NCBI GenBank assembly: GCA_038231275.1
Contig: JBBRLQ010000001.1
Coordinates: forward strand, 32,001-96,000
Origin: Polyangiales bacterium
GTDB lineage: Bacteria; Myxococcota_A; Polyangia; Polyangiales; Polyangiaceae
Direction of reading: 5' to 3'
DNA length: 64,000 bases
The position numbers were made by a program, and so were the translations under genes. Each line of letters starts with the position of its first letter. Position 1 is the first letter of the stretch. The notes beneath the pieces are model-generated. The model did no database searches, had not been told where the DNA came from, and was given only the letters and a program-made list of their open reading frames with translations. Of this stretch, positions 18,095 to 26,835 are shown piece by piece.

Positions 18095-19537
18095 TCAGCG
18101 CTTGGTCGAACGACGGCGGCTGCGGATGAACGAGATCGCCGCGAGGCCGAGCAGCCCCGAGTAGACCACGGTGCTGGTCGTCGGCGCGGTGCGCGCGGTG
18201 CTGCAGGAGAAGGACTCCTTGCTTCCACCCCCGCTCGCCGCGGCGGCCTGCGCCTGGCTCCGCGGTCCTTGGCCGACGAGGTCGCAGCCCTGGTAAATCG
18301 GGCACAGCGGCTCGTTCGCCTCTTTGGTGACCTGACGGAAGAGGGGCAACGTCGCCTGATCGGCGGAGGCCTGGAGCACCAGATCGCTGGCGAGCGCCGC
18401 GTGCGCGAGATCCGAGCGAAGGCGCGTGACGCGCACCGTGCCGGCGCTGGTCAGGCCGGTGAAGAGCGTGTCGATGTCCTCCTGGCGTACTTGATTCGGC
18501 GTCTCGCCGGAGCCCGCGTCGCCCGCGTCGATGCCGAGGTAGTCGGGGTTGCCGCTGCCGGTCCCGGGCGAAGAGCCGCGGAGGATCACGCTCGAGATCT
18601 GCGCCGGCGAGATGTCGGTCGAGTTCTCGGTCTCCCAGCCACGTCCGGCGGAGGCGGTGGTCTTGTCGGCGCGGAGCTGCGCGAAGTTGCTCGAGCTCGT
18701 CTTCCAATCCCAGAGGAGCTCGTCGGCGCCGATCTGGAAGCCAGGGAAATTTTGCGGCTCGTAGCGACCTTCGCCGATCACCCAAAGCGTGATCCCGACC
18801 GTAGCGCCGGTGCCGGCAGCGACCATGCGCAGCGGTAGGACCGGAGATCCGCCGGCGGTCGAAACGCGCACCGGGCGCATCGCGGAGACGCCCGCGCCGG
18901 GCACGAGCTTCAGCGCGAGGAAATCGTAGTGCTCGGTGACGTACGCCGAGATGATGGGCGTGACGTCGGCCGGGATCACGTAGCCGTGATCGGCGAGCCA
19001 CGTGTTGAGCGCGCTCGGATCGGTCGCGTGGAGCTGCACCGTCTCGTACGGACCGACCTGCTCTTCGTGCGTAACGACGACGCCTCCGTCCGACGCGACC
19101 CCGCCGCTTCCCGAGCTGCCGGAGCTGCTGCCACCCGACGCGGAGGGCGCGCCGGCGTTGTCGCTCGCGTACCCCTCGGAGCAGCTGCTCGGCGGGTTCG
19201 GGCAGTTCATCGGCGGCGCGCCGATGCTCGTCTCGGTCATCGAGCCGAGGGTCGTGAAGACGACGTCCGCGCTGAGGCCGACCTTCGCCGATCCGTTGAT
19301 CGGGAGGACCCACGCGAAGTCCTTCGGGTTCCCCGTGTACTTGATCTGATCGTAGAGCGTCGTTTGCGCCGACGAGACCGAGAGGATCATCCGGTGCGCC
19401 GTCACCATCGACGGGTCCTCCGTCGGGCCGGGCGGAGGATGGAAGCAGCCACCGCACGCGCGGGCGTCGCCCTCGAGCGCAACCATTCCGGCCGCCACCG
19501 CGACCGACGCCACCAAGCCAATCAAGACCTTTCGCAT
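18095..19537 (-). CDS. DUF2330-like protein, paralog 1, with MYXO-CTERM-like tail
   Basis: ARA|CGGCF; QIKYTGNPKDFAWVLP; VGPYETVQL; FSC...TM...RSRRRSTKR; RBS GGAGG. Confidence 0.85.
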   Translation of the reverse strand: MRKVLIGLVASVAVAAGMVALEGDARACGGCFHPPPGPTEDPSMVTAHRMILSVSSAQTTLYDQIKYTGNPKDFAWVLPINGSAKVGLSADVVFTTLGSMTETSIGAPPMNCPNPPSSCSEGYASDNAGAPSASGGSSSGSSGSGGVASDGGVVVTHEEQVGPYETVQLHATDPSALNTWLADHGYVIPADVTPIISAYVTEHYDFLALKLVPGAGVSAMRPVRVSTAGGSPVLPLRMVAAGTGATVGITLWVIGEGRYEPQNFPGFQIGADELLWDWKTSSSNFAQLRADKTTASAGRGWETENSTDISPAQISSVILRGSSPGTGSGNPDYLGIDAGDAGSGETPNQVRQEDIDTLFTGLTSAGTVRVTRLRSDLAHAALASDLVLQASADQATLPLFRQVTKEANEPLCPIYQGCDLVGQGPRSQAQAAAASGGGSKESFSCSTARTAPTTSTVVYSGLLGLAAISFIRSRRRSTKR

Positions 19538-19595
19538 CACCGCCTCCGTTGCCCACCAACGCCGCACGCGCGGCGCCCAAGCGAGGGGGACCTAA

Positions 19596-19610
19596 GCAGT
19601 GGCCGTGCCA
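19596..19610 (-). promoter_or_regulatory. Sigma54 (-24/-12) promoter for the DUF2330 operon
   Basis: Minus strand TGGCACG-GCCA-CTGC (consensus TGGCACG-N4-TTGC; GG-N10-GC spacing exact), about 60 nt upstream of ATG 19537. Confidence 0.65.
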
Positions 19611-19760
19611 GCCGCCAATGTGGCCGTATTCACTCGATTTTACAGAACTTGCGTGCCGGCCTGTCCGGACGGTGGCGTCAGACGCTGGCCCAGGTCGGCA
19701 CATGGCCCGCTTCGCAATTTTCTTTGCCTTCCAGGAAAAGTGGGAATAGACACGCGGCCC

Positions 19761-20072
19761 ATGCGAACCATCAAACTGCTTCTTGTCCTCGCTCCCTTTG
19801 CCCTCGCCGCGGCGTGCGGCGGCAAGAAGCCCGACATGGCGGACCCGAACATGCCGAGCACCCCGGACCTCGACGCCGGCGGTCTCCCGAGCCTTGACTC
19901 GTCCGCCCCGTCGATGGACACCCCGACGACGCCGACGACCCCGTCGACCGACATGGCGATGGACTCGGGCGCGGCGATGCCGACGACCCCGGCTGCTCCG
20001 ATGGACGCGGGCGGACCGCCGGATGCCGGCAAAAAGGGCGGCGGCAAGGGCGGCGGCAAGAAGAAGAAGTAA
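19761..20072 (+). CDS. Small low-complexity lipoprotein
   Basis: MRTIKLLLVLAPFALAAAC|GGKK; P/T/M/D-rich; basic GKKGGGKGGGKKKK end. Confidence 0.8.
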   Translation: MRTIKLLLVLAPFALAAACGGKKPDMADPNMPSTPDLDAGGLPSLDSSAPSMDTPTTPTTPSTDMAMDSGAAMPTTPAAPMDAGGPPDAGKKGGGKGGGKKKK

Positions 20073-20105
20073 CCAGACTTCGTAGCTTTTCTTCGAAGTT
20101 CGCTT

Positions 20106-20146
20106 CGCGGCGTGCCCGGACCTCCGGTGCGCGCCGCGTGCGTTTT
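20106..20146 (+). terminator. GC-rich hairpin between convergent genes; probable intrinsic terminator
   Basis: cgcggcgtgcccgga-cc-tccggtgcgcgccgcg followed by tgcgtttt. Confidence 0.5.
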
Positions 20147-20147
20147 G

Positions 20148-21680
20148 TCAGTCGGCGAACGGGTCGGGTTCCGCGACAGGGACATCGGGCGCGGGCTCTT
20201 CCTCGAGGTCGCCCGCGTCCGAGAGCTGGAGCGTGGGCTTCTCCTCTGCCGGACGGCGGAACGCGCTCGCCGCGAAGAGCGCGAGCACCGGCGCGACGAC
20301 CACGTGGTAGCGATCCTCGCCGAAGAAGACGGCGTGCGTGAGGACGGTCGTGCCCAGGAGCGCCAGCGGGAGCTTTAGCGCCGGCGCCATCGGCGGGCGA
20401 CCTGGAATCGGAAGCCACGGGACGATCGAGAGGAAGACGACAAGTGGCCAGAACGTCGGGACGCCGCCGATGTTCGGGAGAATGGCGAGCGCCGCGACGG
20501 CCGCGAGGGCGAGCGCTTGCGCCATGACGCCCTTTCCGCGAAGGCGCAGCGCGACGCACCCGAGCGCGGCGAGCACGACGAGGCCGCGGTGAAACCACGA
20601 GAGGACGTCCCGCACCTGGACGCGCCGCGCCTCGGGCCACGCCGACGGATTCGCTTCGCGGAGGTACTCCACGGCGAACGACTCGTGATCGAACGTGTAC
20701 GCGAGCTTCTTCGGGACGAGCCCGAGCCAGCGCATCGGCGCCGCCTTGATCTCGGCGACGCCGTACCCGAACCAGCAGCGATCTTGCTGCACCTGGCCGG
20801 TCACCTCGCGGCAGCCGTCGGTCGCGCGCAGCGTCTCGAAGCGGCCCGTCGCGCGGGGAAATGCGCCGATCGCGAGGTTCCACCCGGCGTTCGTGCTGAC
20901 GAGCGCGCAGCCGTCCATCACGCGGCAGTTGCGCGCGGTCCACGGCAAGACCGGCGCGATCGTGAGGATGCACACGACGACGATCTGCGCGGTGCGGCGG
21001 ATGAAGACGCGGCCGGGCGGGAGCGGCGTGTCCTCGGGGGTGCGCGGTTGGAGCATCGCCAGGAACGGCGCGCAGAGCAGCGCTTGCGGGCGAACCAGCG
21101 CGGCGACCCCCAGCATGAGCGCACCCGCGATGACCCCGCGCGGCTGGGCCTCGCGCACGGCGAGCCAGAACGCGGCCAGCGTGAGCAGCGCGGCGAGCGG
21201 CTCGCTCATGACCAGCCCCGAATAGAGAATGAGCCCGGGGTGGAGCGCGACGATGAGCCCGGCGACGCGCGCCCGCCAGGTGACGAGCGCATAGCGCGCG
21301 AGGAGCCAGGTCATGACCGCGAGGAGCGCGCCAGTGACGGCGTTGACGAGCGGCGCGACGAGCGTGCCGGTGCCGAAGACCTTGTAGAAGAACGCGAGGT
21401 ACCCGCTGTAGCCGACCGGGTAGTGGCACCACGGATGCCAGACCGTGAAGCCGTCGACGCTCGTGTCGTCGGAGTAGCCGAGCCCGGCCGCGATGCGTCG
21501 CGCGCCGAAGTCGTAGTAGTGCCCGTCCCACACGGGCTCCCGCACCATCTGGAGGGCGACGTAGATGCGCGGCGCGACCGCCACGAAGAAGAGGAGAAGC
21601 CCGAAGAGGCGATCGTCGTCCAGCAAAGAGCCAGACGAGCCAGACGAGCGGGCAGAGCGGAACGAGCGGCCTGCCTTCAC
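20148..21680 (-). CDS. GT-C (ArnT/PMT family 39-like) membrane glycosyltransferase
   Basis: EPVWDGHYY, YPVGYSGYLA, LVMSEPL, LVRP, PWTARN, STNAGWNL, GEDRYH; multiple TM; GTG overlaps upstream stop. Confidence 0.8.
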   Translation of the reverse strand: MKAGRSFRSARSSGSSGSLLDDDRLFGLLLFFVAVAPRIYVALQMVREPVWDGHYYDFGARRIAAGLGYSDDTSVDGFTVWHPWCHYPVGYSGYLAFFYKVFGTGTLVAPLVNAVTGALLAVMTWLLARYALVTWRARVAGLIVALHPGLILYSGLVMSEPLAALLTLAAFWLAVREAQPRGVIAGALMLGVAALVRPQALLCAPFLAMLQPRTPEDTPLPPGRVFIRRTAQIVVVCILTIAPVLPWTARNCRVMDGCALVSTNAGWNLAIGAFPRATGRFETLRATDGCREVTGQVQQDRCWFGYGVAEIKAAPMRWLGLVPKKLAYTFDHESFAVEYLREANPSAWPEARRVQVRDVLSWFHRGLVVLAALGCVALRLRGKGVMAQALALAAVAALAILPNIGGVPTFWPLVVFLSIVPWLPIPGRPPMAPALKLPLALLGTTVLTHAVFFGEDRYHVVVAPVLALFAASAFRRPAEEKPTLQLSDAGDLEEEPAPDVPVAEPDPFAD

Positions 21681-23284
21681 GAAGCGCTCCGCCCGTCGTT
21701 CGCCTCCCGCATTCGACGCATGTACGTCTTTTGCACCTGGGAAGGGTCGAGCCTCAAGAATTTGGCGACTTCCGCGACGAAGCCCTTCACGTAGACGGCG
21801 GCAGGGAGGCTCGCCCACTCCTCTTCTTCGATCGCCGCGAGGTGCGTGCGCGCGATCTTGGTCCTGGCGCTGATCTCGAGCAGCTCGATGCCTTGCGACT
21901 CGCGGACCTTGCGGAGCAGGGTGCCGGTGAACTCGGTGTCTGGTCCGATCTCGCGCGCGAGCTCGGCCTTCAGCATCAGCTGCTCGGCGGCGAGGGCCGG
22001 CGGCGGGACCGAGCGCTTCTCCGCGAGCGTCGGCTCGGCGGCGTCGGGGAACGTCGACAGATCGTATGCGCGGCGCCGCACGAGATCGAGGAGGGTGTCG
22101 TACGCCTCGTCGAGGCGCGTCTGCTCGGCTTTCAGCTGCGGCTCGGTGAGGAGCGCCGAGGTCGCGAGGCCGCCCGTCGCGTACACCTCGCGCTGGCGCT
22201 TGTAGGCGCGACGCACCTCCTCGTCGTTCGACGAGCGCGTGATTCCGAGGACCGCGTAGTGGCTCGGGTTCTCGGTGGGGATGAGCGGCGGCACGGTCCC
22301 TTGCGTGCGCGACGCGGTGATCGCGAGCACGCGACGCGCGATGCGCTCGAGGTTGCGCGCGGCCTTGCTCGTCGGGCTGTCGACGAGGAGCGGCTTGTTG
22401 CGCCGCACCGTGAGCCACACCGTGTCGTCGTGCTCGATGTGACCGAGCTCGTCGAGGACGACGCCGAGGTGCCGAAGGGCGAGCGCGCTCATCCACGTGC
22501 CGACCTCCAGATCGGTGCGCACCCGCGTCTGGTTCACGACGAGGTTCATCTTCATGCGATGCGCCTCGGACCACGCGAGCTCGGCGAGCTTTCCGTCCAT
22601 CTTCTGGAAGGCGCGGATCAGGTCCAGCGGCGACGGCAACGTTCCGATGTCGGTGATGGCGCGCTCCATCATGCCGAGGCGGAACCGATCGCGGAGGAGC
22701 GCGCGTCGCAGGCGGCGGCGGAACGCCGCGCGGAGGAAGCGGTAGGTGGTCTCGATCGCGGGCGGCTCCGGGACGGTGACGCAAATGGCGACGTCGGCGT
22801 CGAGCATCAGATCGAGCGCGAAATGGCCGTGACCGGGGCCGACATCGACGACGAGGTACTCCGCCGGCAGCGCACGGACGCGCGCGAGCCAGCGCGCCTT
22901 GCGTCCCGCGCGGAGGGCGAGCGGCGGCAGGATCGAGTCGTGCGGCGCCGGCAAGAGCGAGAGGCCGGGCACGTTCGTGGCCACCAGACCGCGCTCGAAC
23001 TGCGCCTGCGCCGACGCCTCGAGCGGAGGGTCCTGGCTCGACGCCGGGATGCCGAAGCTCGCGTGGAGGTTCGCGCCCGTCGAGTCGGCATCGACGAGGA
23101 CGACGGGCTTGCCGAGCTGCGCGAAGTAGACCGCGAGGTTCTGCGCGACGAGCGACTTGCCGACCCCTCCGCGACCTCCACCCACCACGACCAGGCGACG
23201 CGCGGCGCGGGGCGACTCCGGCGCATCCGAGTCGGGCGCGTCGCTGGACGGAGGCGGAAAGGATGAAGGGTGCGACGAGGACAC
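21677..23284 (-). CDS. MinD/FlhG-like P-loop ATPase fused to a DnaJ-like domain and a RodZ-like (HTH_25) helix-turn-helix
   Basis: GGRGGVGKS, VVLVDAD..GANLH, VVDVGPG, PEPPAIETTYRF; HYAVLGI..EEVRRAYKR; LRKVRESQGI..ISARTKI..LAAIEE..LPAAVYVKGF. Confidence 0.85.
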   Translation of the reverse strand: MSSSHPSSFPPPSSDAPDSDAPESPRAARRLVVVGGGRGGVGKSLVAQNLAVYFAQLGKPVVLVDADSTGANLHASFGIPASSQDPPLEASAQAQFERGLVATNVPGLSLLPAPHDSILPPLALRAGRKARWLARVRALPAEYLVVDVGPGHGHFALDLMLDADVAICVTVPEPPAIETTYRFLRAAFRRRLRRALLRDRFRLGMMERAITDIGTLPSPLDLIRAFQKMDGKLAELAWSEAHRMKMNLVVNQTRVRTDLEVGTWMSALALRHLGVVLDELGHIEHDDTVWLTVRRNKPLLVDSPTSKAARNLERIARRVLAITASRTQGTVPPLIPTENPSHYAVLGITRSSNDEEVRRAYKRQREVYATGGLATSALLTEPQLKAEQTRLDEAYDTLLDLVRRRAYDLSTFPDAAEPTLAEKRSVPPPALAAEQLMLKAELAREIGPDTEFTGTLLRKVRESQGIELLEISARTKIARTHLAAIEEEEWASLPAAVYVKGFVAEVAKFLRLDPSQVQKTYMRRMREANDGRSAS

Positions 23285-23345
23285 GAGAAGCGCGGACGGT
23301 AGGCCGCGCCGTGCGGATTGTCCACGCGCTTGCTACGCTGCATCC

Positions 23346-24059
23346 GTGGCAAGCGCGCGCACTCTGGGGCTCGCCGGTTTCGCGTCCGTTGCGCTCCTCG
23401 CAGCGGCGGCAGGCGCGTGCAGCGGCCGCGGCGCGAGCGTCGACGGCGCCGGCCCCGACGGCTCCACCGACGACGCGGCCGCGAGCGATGGCGCGGCGAT
23501 CGACGGCGGCGGCGGCGGCGACGGGGGCTCGCCGTTCGTCTACGGACAGTGCGCGACGAAGCCCCTCACCGCGGGCTCGCGCACCGGTCCGAAATCGAGC
23601 GTGACATTGCATTGGCCGACGCCGTGGGTCGGGCTCAGCCCGCAGCCTTCGACGAACACGTTCACGGTCAATGCACCCTACACCTACGTGCCGACCGGAA
23701 AGACGGTCGCGACGCCGTCGGCGGCGGCCGTCACGCTCTGGGACGACGAGACACGGCCGAGCGACGCCGATCTCCAGAAGCGCATCGACGACGCGGTGAA
23801 GGGGCTTCCTCCTGCGAACGTGCGGCGCTTCACGCTCGACGGTCAGCAGGCCGTCCTTTTCTGGGCGCAGACGCCGCCACCGCAGTCCGGATGCCAGGGC
23901 TGCCCCGTGGACCCGGGGCCGGACTACGTCGCGATCACGCTCTTCGCGTCGCGAGGGCTCCAGCTCGTGCAGCTGACGGGGCAGGCGCGCGTGAACGCGA
24001 CGGGGGACGTCCTCTGCGACATCCAGTCGATCGCCCTCGGCCTCACCTGGAACCGCTGA
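23346..24059 (+). CDS. Hypothetical lipoprotein
   Basis: Lipobox AAGAC|SG; DG/DA-rich linker; globular C-terminus with CQGC. Confidence 0.65.
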   Translation: MASARTLGLAGFASVALLAAAAGACSGRGASVDGAGPDGSTDDAAASDGAAIDGGGGGDGGSPFVYGQCATKPLTAGSRTGPKSSVTLHWPTPWVGLSPQPSTNTFTVNAPYTYVPTGKTVATPSAAAVTLWDDETRPSDADLQKRIDDAVKGLPPANVRRFTLDGQQAVLFWAQTPPPQSGCQGCPVDPGPDYVAITLFASRGLQLVQLTGQARVNATGDVLCDIQSIALGLTWNR

Positions 24060-24157
24060 TTTACGGCCGAAAACGAGGGAGGGCGGCGCCCATTTTCGCG
24101 TATCACCCGGCGCGCCATGGCCTCGTCGCGACGGGGAGTTACACTGGCCGACCCTCG

Positions 24158-25153
24158 ATGAACGTTCGCCCGCACCGCCTCCTCTCCCCCGCGCACGCGC
24201 TCGCGGCTGCCGTCCTCGTCGCGACGGCGATCGCACCCTCGCGCGCGTACGCCCAGGACCGGACGGCGGAGGTGCTCTACCAGGAGGGCAAGGCCGCCGC
24301 GAAGAACAAGGACTGGGCGGTCGCATGCGCGAAGTTCCAGGAGAGCCACAGCCGCGAGCCCGCGCCGGGCACGCTGCTGAACCTCGCCGACTGCGAGGAG
24401 AACCGCGGTCAGCTCACGCTCGCCATCTCCCATTTCGAAGCGGCCGCGCGCATGGTCAAGCCCGGTGACGAACGCGCGGAGTACGCGCGGCAGCGATCGT
24501 TCGCGATCGACCGGCGGGCGCCGAAGCTCACGTTGCGCCTCCACCCGTCGACTCCCGAGGGGACGACGGTCGAGCGCGACGGATCGCCGGTCGCGGCGAC
24601 GCAGATCGGCGCGCCGATCGCGGTCGACCCGGGCGCACACACGTTGGTCGTCCGCGCGCCGGGACGCACCGAGATCCGCGGCAGCGTGAACGTGCGCGAC
24701 GGCGAGACGCGCGAAATCGAGCTCACCGCCGGCATGCCGATTCCGATGGGAACGACGACGCCATCGAAGCCGACGACGAAGGACGCGCCTGCAACGAGCA
24801 TCGAACCATCGGACGGCTCGCTCCGCACGCTCGCGTTCGTGAGCCTCGGCGTCGGCGCGGTGGGGCTCGGCGTCGGCATCGTCGGGGGCCTCGTCACGAT
24901 GGGCGCGAAGAGCAGCGCCGATCAGCACTGCCCGACCAACGGCTGCGACCCCGACGGCCTGGCCGCCGAGAGCCGCGGCAAGACGTGGAGCGCGATCAGC
25001 ACGGTCGGCTTCATCGCAGGCGGCGTCGGCCTCGCCGCGGGAGCCGGCCTCCTCCTCTTCGCGCCCAAGACACAGAAGGGCACCGCGGCCGGGGGGCTCT
25101 CCGTGCAGCCGACCGTCGCCGGCGCGCAACTGCGTTGGGTCGGGAGCTTCTGA
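24158..25153 (+). CDS. TPR + PEGA domain protein with C-terminal membrane region
   Basis: AEVLYQEG..ACAKFQES..PGTLLNLADCEE; VDPGAHTLVVRAPG; typical myxobacterial C-terminus. Confidence 0.85.
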   Translation: MNVRPHRLLSPAHALAAAVLVATAIAPSRAYAQDRTAEVLYQEGKAAAKNKDWAVACAKFQESHSREPAPGTLLNLADCEENRGQLTLAISHFEAAARMVKPGDERAEYARQRSFAIDRRAPKLTLRLHPSTPEGTTVERDGSPVAATQIGAPIAVDPGAHTLVVRAPGRTEIRGSVNVRDGETREIELTAGMPIPMGTTTPSKPTTKDAPATSIEPSDGSLRTLAFVSLGVGAVGLGVGIVGGLVTMGAKSSADQHCPTNGCDPDGLAAESRGKTWSAISTVGFIAGGVGLAAGAGLLLFAPKTQKGTAAGGLSVQPTVAGAQLRWVGSF

Positions 25154-25160
25154 GGCTCCG

Positions 25161-26663
25161 ATGCCTGCGCTGGGCCGTCGCCTCCTCGCGTGGGCCCTCT
25201 CCGGCGCGCTCCTTGCGGTCGTCGCGCTCGCGGCGCTCGTCGCGAACGGATGCGCGTCGCTCCTCGGTGCCGACTTCGATCGCGGCGGGGCGGGCACCGA
25301 CATCGACGGCGGCGTGACCGGCGGTGATGGCGGCGTGATCACGTCCCCCGACGGCGCGACGACCGCCGACGGCGCGACCGGCGGCCCCTGCGTGCGCGAC
25401 GACGCCGCCGACTGCGCCGCAAAATGCGGCGAGCTGAAGGGACGCTGCGGCCAAGTCATCACGTGCGGCGGCTGCCCGACCGGCCAGAGCTGCGGCGGCG
25501 GCGGCACCAACACCTGCGGAAGCGGCGCGTGCACGCCGAGCTGCACCGGCAAGGCGTGCGGCGACAACGACGGATGCAGCAGCGTGTGCGTGACCGGCGC
25601 GTGCGGGAGCGGCCTCCGGTGCGTCTCCGGCACCTGCGCGTGCGACACGACCTCGTGCCCGGGTTGCTGCGACGGCAACGCGTGCAAACCCGGCGGCGAC
25701 GACACCGCGTGCGGCAAGGGCGGCACCGCGTGCACAGTGTGCAAGGCGGGGACGTCGTGCGGCACGGGCGACTGTGGGACGTGCGGCGGCAGCGGCCAGC
25801 CGTGCTGCGCGGGCAACCAGTGCGCGAGCCCCGGCACGTGCGGCGGCGGTGGACAGGTCGGCATCTGCGGCTGCACGCCGAGCTGCGCGGGCAAGACGTG
25901 CGGTGCGAGCGACGGCTGCGGCGGCACATGCAACGCAGGCTCGTGCGCGTTCGGCCTCCACTGCTCCGGCGGCACGTGCGCATGCGACGGCACGAGCTGC
26001 AGCGGCTGCTGCCAAGCCGGCCAGTGCATCGGCGGCACGCAGACGAGCGGGTGCGGCAAGGGGGGCGTCGGTTGCGCGGTCTGCCCGGCGCCGACGAGCG
26101 GCGGCACGGCGACCTGCGACGGCACCAGCTGCGGCGTCTCGTGCAACTCCGGCTACTCCGCGTGCGGCGTCGGCCAATGCTGCCCGAACAAGACCATCTT
26201 CGTCGCCGCCGGATCGTTCAACGGCAACCTCGGCGGCTTGAGCGGCGCCGACACGACGTGCCAGACCCAGGGTGCGCCCTTCGGCGGCACCTTCAAGGCG
26301 TGGCTCAGCGACAGCCAGCAGACCGCCGCCGGTCGCCTCACGCACTCGACGGGCCCGTACTTCCTCTACGACGGCGTCACCAGGGTCGCGAACGACTGGA
26401 ACGGCCTCGTGAGCGGCACGCTCCTCCACGAGATCGATCGGACGGCGACGGGCACCGCGACGCTCGACGAGGTCATCCGCACCGGCACGACTCCTTCGGG
26501 CGCGTACAGCGGCATGAGCTGCCGCGATTGGGGGAGCGGCGCCAACGCCGACGGCAGCGGCTACGGCCAATCGAACCAGAACGGCGCGAAGTGGACCCAG
26601 AACGGCACGCTCAACGTCGCGTGCGACTACTCGACGACGTCGTTCTACTGCGTCCAGCAATGA
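25161..26663 (+). CDS. Cys-rich repeat lipoprotein with C-terminal DUF1554/endostatin-like domain
   Basis: ANGC lipobox; Cys/Gly repeat region; IFVAAGSFNGNLGGLSGADTTCQ..FKAWLSDS..RVANDW..FYCVQQ. Confidence 0.8.
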   Translation: MPALGRRLLAWALSGALLAVVALAALVANGCASLLGADFDRGGAGTDIDGGVTGGDGGVITSPDGATTADGATGGPCVRDDAADCAAKCGELKGRCGQVITCGGCPTGQSCGGGGTNTCGSGACTPSCTGKACGDNDGCSSVCVTGACGSGLRCVSGTCACDTTSCPGCCDGNACKPGGDDTACGKGGTACTVCKAGTSCGTGDCGTCGGSGQPCCAGNQCASPGTCGGGGQVGICGCTPSCAGKTCGASDGCGGTCNAGSCAFGLHCSGGTCACDGTSCSGCCQAGQCIGGTQTSGCGKGGVGCAVCPAPTSGGTATCDGTSCGVSCNSGYSACGVGQCCPNKTIFVAAGSFNGNLGGLSGADTTCQTQGAPFGGTFKAWLSDSQQTAAGRLTHSTGPYFLYDGVTRVANDWNGLVSGTLLHEIDRTATGTATLDEVIRTGTTPSGAYSGMSCRDWGSGANADGSGYGQSNQNGAKWTQNGTLNVACDYSTTSFYCVQQ

Positions 26664-26835
26664 GCCGAAGTCGTTTGGCCGTCGCGGGCAACCAGCGGGC
26701 GCGACCGACGAGAAAGTGTTTCTTTGAGGTTCTATAAGCGACCCGCCCCCTCATCCATCGAGAATTGCGCCCCTTTACCGTGACCGCGCAGCGGCGCTTG
26801 CGGCGGCGCGGCCTCAAATGTACGAGGTTGGCTCG

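Noticed and set aside
15239-19537. DUF2330 triplication as an assembly artefact or a DGR target array
   Set aside because: Copies are clearly diverged with indels; no reverse transcriptase or adenine-specific TR/VR pair seen
20148-24326. 1392-aa ORF
   Set aside because: Only 20148-21680 is the GT-C gene; the rest overlaps the MinD-like gene off-frame and plus-strand genes
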